Source of the DNA: an uncultured Latescibacterota bacterium
GTDB taxonomy: Bacteria > Latescibacterota > UBA2968
NCBI GenBank assembly: GCA_951812755.1
Contig: OX638329.1
Span: 293,339 to 357,338 of the forward strand
Reading direction: 5' to 3'
Length of the DNA stretch: 64,000 bases
In this document: in pieces, positions 9,660-16,348 of the stretch
Layout of the letters: each line of letters begins with the position of its first letter
Numbering within the stretch: the first letter of the stretch is position 1
Position numbers and translations under genes: made by a program
The notes under the pieces: generated by a model
Told to the model about the DNA's origin: nothing
Databases searched by the model: none
The model's input: the letters and a program-made list of their open reading frames with translations, nothing else

Positions 9660-9997
9660 TGCTCTCTACTTTCCACCCAGTATCCGCACGAACCCCCGAT
9701 AATACTTCCAATGACAATCCCTAACATTCCAAAAGAGCTACCAGCCATCAATCCGCCTATAAGTCCGGCGACCGCGAGTGCATGCGAAGCCATAGAAGAG
9801 GTCTTGGATTGTTGAATCTGGTTATCACGGTTGACAGATGCACTTTCTTGATTGAGCTCTTGGGATTCTTTCGGTAATTCCTTAATAGTGGCAAAGACCG
9901 CATCTTCAATAGTGGCAAAGACCGCATCTTCAGTACGAGTTTGAATTGTCTCTCTTGATTGTTCTGGTCGAATATCTAATTTTGAGAGTTCTCCCAT
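9656..9997 (-). CDS. Small protein with a C-terminal glycine-zipper transmembrane domain. Candidate membrane-targeting toxin (PanT-like).
   Basis: The C-terminus reads ALAVAGLIGGLMAGSSFGMLGIVIGSIIGGSCGY, i.e. repeated GxxxG. The N-terminus is polar and carries a duplicated EDAVFATI. The ATG sits directly after the upstream stop (TGATG junction). Confidence 0.5.
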   Translation of the reverse strand: MGELSKLDIRPEQSRETIQTRTEDAVFATIEDAVFATIKELPKESQELNQESASVNRDNQIQQSKTSSMASHALAVAGLIGGLMAGSSFGMLGIVIGSIIGGSCGYWVESREQ

Positions 9998-10543
9998 TTA
10001 TTGACCTCCTATTCTATTCAGGTAGTACTCTCTTATGACCTTATTCGGTATGTGTGCATTTCTAAATCCATTCCTTCTTTTCCATGTTTTATCCCAGGGT
10101 GTGTCTTCTCTATGTGTTATATCAGAAAGCTGTAACCCTGTATATTCTCCGTAAACTTCCCAAATCTTATTTAATAAAGCACTGGGGAATTCATCGTTTG
10201 GATCTATCTTCGGAGTTATAGATTTTGTGTCGAGTTTTCCCCTATCATCATCGTATGAAAACTCAATATCTTTTGCAAACTCTGTTATTGGATCCCCACC
10301 AAAGCGTTTGAAATGATGGTAAAGTGATGGAAATACCGGACCATATTGCCAAGCCTCGGCGAACTCGTCGTCAACTAACGGAAGACCGTCAGACGAGTTA
10401 TCTCTTGCGGTGAAAGCGAGATGATACCCGTGAGCGATATACACAAGTTTTTGTATCATCAATGGTGTTATTTCAACACCATCCTTCTTACCAAGGTCTA
10501 AAAAGTAATTTGCCACAGCAAATGCAGAGTAACCCATATACAT
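9998..10543 (-). CDS. Panacea domain (DUF4065, SocA/PanA-like) protein. Putative antitoxin.
   Basis: N-terminal motif AVANYFLDLGKKDGVEITPLMIQKLVYIAHGYHLA...PLVDDEFAEAWQYGPVFPSLYHHFKRFG matches the DUF4065 signature (VANYFL... KLQKLLYYAqGwhLa .. F.AW.yGPV.p.lY). The likely start is the third codon, ATG at 10537, with AAGGAG 6 nt upstream. Confidence 0.6.
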   Translation of the reverse strand: MYMGYSAFAVANYFLDLGKKDGVEITPLMIQKLVYIAHGYHLAFTARDNSSDGLPLVDDEFAEAWQYGPVFPSLYHHFKRFGGDPITEFAKDIEFSYDDDRGKLDTKSITPKIDPNDEFPSALLNKIWEVYGEYTGLQLSDITHREDTPWDKTWKRRNGFRNAHIPNKVIREYYLNRIGGQ

Positions 10544-10675
10544 CTCCTTGATTACTCTCTCATCAGAACGGGAGAGGGGGATTATTAGATTATATTATTT
10601 ATGTTATTATAGGGAATTGCGATATAATAACATAGAAAGGAAGTGGGATCATGTCAAGGAGTTTAACCAACGTTT

Positions 10676-10725
10676 CTAACGCTTCTAACGCGCCCAGATA
10701 TGCTAACGCTACGAACATACTAACC
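10676..10725. promoter_or_regulatory. Iteron-like direct repeats: CTAACGC repeated 3 times plus one CTAACC. Candidate operator upstream of the Panacea operon.
   Basis: ...ttctaacgcttctaacgcgcccagatatgctaacgctacgaacatactaacc... at 130-190 bp upstream of the minus-strand panA-like start. Confidence 0.35.
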
Positions 10726-10837
10726 TACAAATCTACCGACGCCGTAACACCGGCATCATTGGCTATAGCCTTCTGATTTTTATTCAAAATTAAGTAATGA
10801 AACCACACTATTATGGAATAATTATTCGATTTATTAT

Positions 10838-10871
10838 TCTGCTACTTTAAGATATAACTTAAAGTAGCAGA
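10838..10871 (+). terminator. Perfect 14-bp stem hairpin (tctgctactttaag-atataa-cttaaagtagcaga) in an AT-rich block (about 25% GC), followed by a T-rich tract
   Basis: Read directly from the sequence. There is no plus-strand gene immediately upstream, so the hairpin could instead be a recombination or att-like site at the junction of horizontally acquired segments. Confidence 0.35.
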
Positions 10872-10958
10872 GACAAATTTGGAATTTTTATTTTGCGTAT
10901 GTAGATGGCGGCTTTAAGCAAAGAGGCCGGATGGCTCACAAGGGTAGTCCGGCTTTTC

Positions 10959-11209
10959 CTATGAATCTAACAGGCGCTCAAATTCATCGAGACTGGACAC
11001 CTGAACCGCCGCGCGGAGCAACTGCTTGAGGCGTTGCAAATCTTCGATAGTCGCAATGCGAGTAGATAGGGGGTCTGCTTCGTGCAGATCAAATCTCCAA
11101 CACTTCGAGGATATCTTCAATGGCGCATTGTCTGCCCCTGCTCAATACCTTCTTCAATGCCTTCTCGCTTAAATTGCTGAATAAGGGATGATTCGCGGAT
11201 GATATCCAT
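10959..11209 (-). pseudogene. Frameshifted remnant of a DUF4351 / Rpn-family (PD-(D/E)XK transposase-like) protein C-terminal region
   Basis: Minus-strand reading from ATG (complement 11207-11209, AAGGAGGG SD): MDIIRESSLIQQFKREGIEEGIEQGQTMRH* then, after a frameshift, ..IEDILEVLEI* then, after another frameshift, ..DPLSTRIATIEDLQRLKQLLRAAVQVSSLDEFERLLDS*. The EEGxEQG repeat and the C-terminal tail are typical of DUF4351 proteins. Confidence 0.5.
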
Positions 11210-11257
11210 GATGCCCTCCTTCAAAATAATATCAGAAATAGTTTCGGATATGTCCTC

Positions 11258-11372
11258 AATATGCTGTATTGCACCCTTTTTTTTAACTTGAATTTGTGGA
11301 TCGTCTGTTTGGCGTAAAACAATCTCTGTATATTTTGAACGATAAATGGGCGGTCATGTGAAAGATATGTAC
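11258..11372 (+). repeat. Dispersed intergenic element of about 115-135 bp, copy 1 (CAATATGCTGTATTGC ... TTGTGGATCGTCTGTT ... GTATATTTTGA.CGAT.AAT ... GTGAAAGATATGTAC)
   Basis: Collinear blocks of 16, 16, 11 and 15 bp are shared with 35815-35944, in the same order and orientation. Confidence 0.6.
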
Positions 11373-11467
11373 CACTTGTCCATTTGTCCGCCGCGGTGGT
11401 TCTTGCGTAACATCAGTTATATTCAGGGTAGGTCAGAGTATTTTTTTGATTATAAGTCCTTTTTAGG

Positions 11468-11497
11468 GTTGACAGTACGCGAGTACTTTTACTATAA
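11468..11497 (+). promoter_or_regulatory. Near-consensus sigma70 promoter: TTGACA, an 18-bp spacer, then TATAAT. The spacer contains the perfect 12-bp palindrome GTACGCGAGTAC.
   Basis: ttgacaGTACGCGAGTACttttacTATAAT lies about 240 bp upstream of the ATPase gene at 11735. It faces the plus-strand gene string 11735 to 16249 (ATPase, peptide ORF, ATPase, DUF4276, nrdB). Confidence 0.55.
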
Positions 11498-11646
11498 TAA
11501 GCACGTCTTTACCACAACATTTTGTGCTCTTTTTTCGTTAATTACAAAATATTGTGGCGTAAATAAAAGCACAGCAATAATTTAAAGCGATTCTCCAATC
11601 GCTTTAAGACCTCCCCTCGTCTTCCCCTGACGGCTCCTTACGGTCC

Positions 11647-11724
11647 ATCGCACTGGCGACCTTATTTTTTTTAGCTATATTCGACACAGTCATCTTTTCG
11701 GCAAAATGACCAGATTGCTCATCC
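11647..11724 (+). repeat. Decayed remnant of the 3-prime end of a second ATPase cassette copy, ending in the 27-bp direct repeat (DR1 at 11698-11724)
   Basis: 11647-11667 equals 12428-12448 (inside the gene). 11681-11697 equals 12588-12604 (inside the gene). 11698-11724 equals 12772-12798 (just past the stop). The order and orientation match the intact gene, with about 330 bp of intervening sequence deleted. Confidence 0.6.
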
Positions 11725-11734
11725 GAATTTCACA

Positions 11735-12763
11735 ATGCCTGCTCTTGACAACATTACCATCAAGGGCTTCAAGAGCATCGGTTCTATTGAGAACTTGAAG
11801 CTCGGCCCAATTAACGTCTTGATCGGGCCGAATGGATCGGGCAAATCAAACTTCATTGAGGTCTTCTCCTTCCTGCGCGAAATCACCTCGGATAGGCTGA
11901 AGGATTATGTGAACCGCGCTGGTGGGGCCGACAAAATTCTGCATTTCGGTTCCAGAACAACTGAAGAACTGATCATTGACATCTCATTTGACGACATAGC
12001 AAATCGGTACACGATCAGGTTGCACGCAACGGATACCGACATGCTATATCTGTCTTCAGAGTCTGACCGCTTCTGGAACGCCCACTCGGATTCCGATATC
12101 CGCAACCATCCCGATAGGTGGCGCGTTTATCACTTCCATGACACAAGTTCCACATCGCCAATGCGGAAAACCGCCGATGTAAACGACAACCGTTATTTGC
12201 GATCCGATGCTTCCAACCTATCGGCGTTTCTGTACTACTTGCATGAGACGCATGAAGCGTCATACAACCTGATTCGCCGCACAGTGCAGCAGGTCGCGCC
12301 ATTTTTTGATGATTTTCTCCTCCAGCCGCTGGCACTAAACAACGACAAAATCCACCTCGAATGGCGTCACAAGAAATCCGAAGCGTACTTTGATGCTTCT
12401 TCGCTCTCTGACGGCTCCCTGCGATTTATCGCACTGGCGACCTTATTTCTTCAGCCAGAGCCGCTTCGTCCATCCATTATTCTATTGGACGAGCCAGAAC
12501 TTGGACTACACCCCTATGCGACCGCCATGTTGGCTTCGCTTGTAAAACAGGCATCCGTCAAGACTCAGGTCATTCTTTCGACACAGTCATCTTTGCTAAT
12601 CGATCACTTCCAACCAGAAGATGTGCTCGTGGCTGAACGGGTAGATGGACAAACGCAATTCACAAGGCTCAACGCAATTCGCCTGAAAACATGGTTAGAG
12701 GACTACAGCCTCGGCCAACTCTGGGAAAAAAATGAGATAGGTGGGCGTCCCGTAGTGGAGTAG
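11735..12763 (+). CDS. AAA family ATPase (AAA_21/ABC-type, OLD/AbiL-ATPase-like). Orphan, with no nuclease partner.
   Basis: Walker [17 protein letters not shown]-loop and signature region. Walker B IILLDEPELGLHP. D-loop and H-loop TQVILSTQS. 342 aa. Confidence 0.8.
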   Translation: MPALDNITIKGFKSIGSIENLKLGPINVLIGPNGSGKSNFIEVFSFLREITSDRLKDYVNRAGGADKILHFGSRTTEELIIDISFDDIANRYTIRLHATDTDMLYLSSESDRFWNAHSDSDIRNHPDRWRVYHFHDTSSTSPMRKTADVNDNRYLRSDASNLSAFLYYLHETHEASYNLIRRTVQQVAPFFDDFLLQPLALNNDKIHLEWRHKKSEAYFDASSLSDGSLRFIALATLFLQPEPLRPSIILLDEPELGLHPYATAMLASLVKQASVKTQVILSTQSSLLIDHFQPEDVLVAERVDGQTQFTRLNAIRLKTWLEDYSLGQLWEKNEIGGRPVVE

Positions 12764-12771
12764 ATAGAGAA

Positions 12772-12798
12772 TCGGCAAAATGACCAGATTGCTCATCC
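12772..12798 (+). repeat. 27-bp exact direct repeat (DR2) TCGGCAAAATGACCAGATTGCTCATCC, 9 bp past the ATPase stop. Identical to DR1 at 11698-11724.
   Basis: Exact 27/27 match read from the sequence. The two copies bracket the gene with 10-bp and 9-bp margins. Confidence 0.85.
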
Positions 12799-12972
12799 TT
12801 GCGCTCGCTAAACTGATTAACTGACATTACACACAGTAGTTAAAAAACGAAAAACCAAACTATTACAGGGGATTGAGGTTCGACTCTCCTTGTTTTCTCC
12901 GTTCTTAGTTCCGTTGCTATCTCCTTAAAATGGATCAGTATTAAATCTACGAGTTTCATTAGGGAGGTTAAT

Positions 12973-13074
12973 ATGAAAAATTTGGCTGTTTTTATTAGTG
13001 CGATTTCTGAAATAGCATGTACTATAATATGTACTATCGGAGTTAACATCCTGGGGAGTCCCCTGTCTCAATAA
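12973..13074 (+). CDS. Putative 33-aa hydrophobic Cys-containing peptide (MKNLAVFISAISEIACTIICTIGVNILGSPLSQ)
   Basis: Strong SD AGGGAGG 5 nt upstream of the ATG. The hydrophobic core is long enough for a single TM helix. It lies between the two ATPase genes. The ORF track lists no plus-strand ORF here because it is under 60 aa. Confidence 0.35.
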   Translation: MKNLAVFISAISEIACTIICTIGVNILGSPLSQ

Positions 13075-13134
13075 GCTATTTAACAGGCAATGCCATTCTG
13101 CTTAAAGATGCGTAATGTCAGTGACTAAAAAGAG

Positions 13135-14406
13135 ATGAACCTAACAACTTCACAATACACAGCACCGGCGCGGATCGAGTATTTGAAGGTGCAGAACTTT
13201 CGTGCGTTGCGGGAAGTTGAGTTCAAGGAATTGACACCGCTGACTGTGTTGCTCGGTCCCAATGGCAGCGGGAAATCAACAGTATTTGACGTATTTGCGT
13301 TTCTATCGGAATGCTTTGAGTCGGGTTTGCGTCGCGCCTGGGATCAACGTGGCCGTGCCAAAGAACTGCGGACGCGCGGCAACATCGATCCCGTTGTCAT
13401 CGAACTCAAGTACCGCGAACAGCCGGGCACGCGTCTGATCACTTATCACCTGGCTATTGACGAAGACCGCAACCGCCCCGTTGTCAAGGAGGAATGGTTA
13501 CAATGGCGGCGCGGCCAACACGGCAGACCATTCCGATTTCTCGATTATCGCGAGGGACAGGGCAGAGCGGTCAGCGGTGAGCAACCCGACGAATTGGACA
13601 CGCTTTACTCGGGACCGATCCAATTAGACCCGCGCAACGAGGTACCGCTCCAATCGCCCGACCTGCTGGCAGTCAATGCCCTGGGGCAATTTGCCGATCA
13701 CCCGCGCGTAGCAGCACTGCGCGACTTCATCACCGGATGGCATGTGTCATACCTCTCGGCAGACAGCGCACGAGGCCAGCCCGAAGCAGGACCTCAAGAG
13801 CGACTGTCTAAGAGCGGCGACAACCTTGCCAATGTCATACAGCACCTTGCAGAACAATACCCCGAGCGACTTAACCAGATCTTTGAGGTGCTACGCCAGC
13901 GGGTGCCGCGCATTGAGCGCGTGCTATCAGAAGTCATGCCCGATGGTCGCTTGTTGTTGCAAATTAAGGACGCACCGTTCAGCAACCCGGTGCTGGCGCG
14001 ATTCGCTTCTGATGGCACATTGAAAATACTGGCTTACCTGGTGCTATTATACGACCCCGAACCGCCGCCCTTCATCGGCATCGAAGAGCCGGAAAACTTC
14101 TTGCACCCTCGATTGCTTCCGGAACTTGCCGAAGAATGCCGTGCGGCCTGCGAGCGCACGCAGTTATTGGCGACCACGCATTCGCCATTTTTCCTGAACG
14201 CACTGCGTCCCAAAGAGGTCCGCGTCCTCTGGCGCGACGCGGAGGGGTACACACAAACACGCCGAGTCGCAGATATACCCGGCATACCGGAATTTGTCGA
14301 AGAGGGTGCATATCTTGGCCATCTATGGATGGAAGGATATTTCAATCTGGGAGACCCGCTGGACAGACATGGTGAACCGACTCCTCCTCTGGAGGGACGC
14401 GGGTGA
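13135..14406 (+). CDS. AAA family ATPase (AAA_21 / OLD-family ABC-like ATPase). ATPase component of a two-gene split-OLD / AbiL / PARIS-like module.
   Basis: Walker [17 protein letters not shown] and Walker [14 protein letters not shown]. 423 aa with a long inserted region between the motifs, as in OLD/AriA/GajA-type ATPases. A 4-bp ATGA overlap joins it to the next gene. Confidence 0.8.
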   Translation: MNLTTSQYTAPARIEYLKVQNFRALREVEFKELTPLTVLLGPNGSGKSTVFDVFAFLSECFESGLRRAWDQRGRAKELRTRGNIDPVVIELKYREQPGTRLITYHLAIDEDRNRPVVKEEWLQWRRGQHGRPFRFLDYREGQGRAVSGEQPDELDTLYSGPIQLDPRNEVPLQSPDLLAVNALGQFADHPRVAALRDFITGWHVSYLSADSARGQPEAGPQERLSKSGDNLANVIQHLAEQYPERLNQIFEVLRQRVPRIERVLSEVMPDGRLLLQIKDAPFSNPVLARFASDGTLKILAYLVLLYDPEPPPFIGIEEPENFLHPRLLPELAEECRAACERTQLLATTHSPFFLNALRPKEVRVLWRDAEGYTQTRRVADIPGIPEFVEEGAYLGHLWMEGYFNLGDPLDRHGEPTPPLEGRG

Positions 14407-15023
14407 TGACGGCACAACATCTGGAATTACTCGTTGAAGAACCCTCAATGGAGGCCTTCTTGCGAGAGCTATTGCCGCGTATGCTGCCTGCGGAATGCAC
14501 ATTCAAAATTCATCCGTTTCAGGGGAAGCCAGACCTGTTGGACAAGTTGCAAAATCGTCTGCGAGCCTATGCAAAATGGTTACCCGACAACTATCGCATC
14601 TTCGTAATCGTTGACCGCGATAACGACAACTGCGAACAATTAAAACAAAAACTTGAAAACATTGCTTCTCGGACTCAACTGCTCACCCGCTCACAGGCCC
14701 GTAGTCGTCTCTGGCAACTGGTCAACCGTATCGCCATTGAAGAACTGGAGGCATGGTACTTTGGTGACTGGCAGGCGGTGTGTAATGCCTATCCGAGGGT
14801 TTCAAAAAAAATTCCAAATCAGGCACGCTATCGCCACCCCGATGCAATCCGCGGAGGCACATGGGAAGCTTTCGAACGCATCCTGAAGCGACATGGCTAC
14901 TTTAAAACTGGACTACGCAAAGTGGAGGCTGCCAGAGACGTTGGCATTCATATTGATTCTAATCGTAGCCGTTCGCACAGTTTTGTGAAATTCCGCGAAG
15001 CCATCATTGAGGCAACTGCTTGA
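14403..15023 (+). CDS. DUF4276 family protein (Toprim-like predicted nuclease partner of the ATPase)
   Basis: 206 aa. The N-terminal [19 protein letters not shown] (acidic EE after a beta-strand) and the later [11 protein letters not shown] (DxD) fit a Toprim-like E...DxD arrangement. The size and the ATPase-then-DUF4276 gene order are typical of this family. The assignment is from memory. Confidence 0.55.
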   Translation: MMTAQHLELLVEEPSMEAFLRELLPRMLPAECTFKIHPFQGKPDLLDKLQNRLRAYAKWLPDNYRIFVIVDRDNDNCEQLKQKLENIASRTQLLTRSQARSRLWQLVNRIAIEELEAWYFGDWQAVCNAYPRVSKKIPNQARYRHPDAIRGGTWEAFERILKRHGYFKTGLRKVEAARDVGIHIDSNRSRSHSFVKFREAIIEATA

Positions 15024-15061
15024 ACCATTATTGTATCTCATTTTTTTAAAGGAGTTGTAAT

Positions 15062-16249
15062 ATGTCTAAGCTCATATTTGAAGACGAAGACGTTGAAAGT
15101 CAAGCAAATATGGACTACAAGGATGGTGGTCACGCGGAGCAAAACGGCATTCATGCGTCCGTTGAAGCGGATAATACTGACGTACCCTCCGCGCTGTGTT
15201 GTGGTGCCACTGGCGAGGCGTATGACCTGACCAGGCGCATCAACCCGGAAGACAAGCGATTGCTCAACTGCCGGCAGGTGGATGTAAACCAGTTGATGCC
15301 CCTCAAATACGAATGGGCATGGGAACACTATCTCAACGGATGTGCCAATCACTGGATGCCGACAGAAGTACCGATGCAGCGCGACATAGAACTCTGGCGT
15401 TCAAATGCCCTGAACGACGCCGAGCGAAAAGTCATCTTGAGAAACCTCGGATTCTTCAGCACGGGCGAAAGCCTCGTCGGTAACAACATCGTACTCGCCA
15501 TCTTCAAACACATCACAAACTCCGAAGCGCGACAATACCTCTTGCGCCAGGCATTTGAAGAAGCCATACACACCCACACATTCCACTACATCGTCGAATC
15601 CCTGGGCCTGAACGCACGCGAAGTATTCAACATGTATCACGAAGTCTCGTCCATCGAAGGCAAAGACAAATTCGTGATGGAACTAACCGAAGACGTGTTA
15701 GATCCCAACTTCTCAACACAAAGCATTGAAGGCATGCAGAAATTCGTGAAAAATCTCGTCGGATTTTACGTCATCATGGAAGGCATATTCTTTTACAGCG
15801 GCTTTGTCATGATCCTCTCCTTCCATCGGCAAAACCGCATGACCGGCATTGGCGAACAATTCCAGTACATCTTGCGCGACGAGACCATTCATCTGAATTT
15901 TGGCATTGACTTAATCAACACCATCAAATCGGAAAACCCAGAAATCTGGACAACGGAACTGCAACGCGACATCTACGACCTCATCCACGAAGCCGTGGAA
16001 TACGAAGTAATCTATGCACGGGATTGTGTGCCCGACGGCGTACTGGGCCTCAATGAAGACTTATTCCGCGAATACGTGCAATTCATCGCCGACCGTCGGT
16101 TGGAACGAATCGGCCTGCAAAGCGTATATGGATCAAAGAATCCTTTCCCGTGGATGGGAGAAACCATTGACATCGCAAAAGAAAAGAACTTCTTTGAAAC
16201 GCGCGTAACAGATTATCAAAGCGCGGGATCCTTACAGTGGGATGATTAA
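15062..16249 (+). CDS. nrdB: Ribonucleoside-diphosphate reductase small (beta) subunit, class I
   Basis: [16 protein letters not shown] and the di-iron ligand helices ([30 protein letters not shown]). AAAGGAG SD. Only 38 bp separate it from the DUF4276 stop. Confidence 0.9.
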   Translation: MSKLIFEDEDVESQANMDYKDGGHAEQNGIHASVEADNTDVPSALCCGATGEAYDLTRRINPEDKRLLNCRQVDVNQLMPLKYEWAWEHYLNGCANHWMPTEVPMQRDIELWRSNALNDAERKVILRNLGFFSTGESLVGNNIVLAIFKHITNSEARQYLLRQAFEEAIHTHTFHYIVESLGLNAREVFNMYHEVSSIEGKDKFVMELTEDVLDPNFSTQSIEGMQKFVKNLVGFYVIMEGIFFYSGFVMILSFHRQNRMTGIGEQFQYILRDETIHLNFGIDLINTIKSENPEIWTTELQRDIYDLIHEAVEYEVIYARDCVPDGVLGLNEDLFREYVQFIADRRLERIGLQSVYGSKNPFPWMGETIDIAKEKNFFETRVTDYQSAGSLQWDD

Positions 16250-16310
16250 CCCTAAAACTTTGACAGGAATTTATTCAGGCTGACGGGGGAAGGGAAATCA
16301 GAGCCTGGTA

Positions 16311-16348
16311 CAGGGTGGGAGACAAACGTCTTCCACCCTGTTTTTTTT
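16311..16348 (+). terminator. Strong rho-independent terminator for nrdB (long GC hairpin cagggtgggagac-aaac-gtcttccaccctg followed by T8)
   Basis: Read from the sequence. The T-run abuts the stop of the convergent minus-strand gene. Confidence 0.7.

Noticed and set aside
12860-12886. tRNA-like T-arm motif (GGTTCGACTCTCC) that might indicate a tRNA or integration target
   Set aside because: The flanks do not form a T-stem, acceptor stem or any cloverleaf on either strand. Only the 7-mer GGTTCGA matches, so no tRNA or tRNA fragment can be supported.
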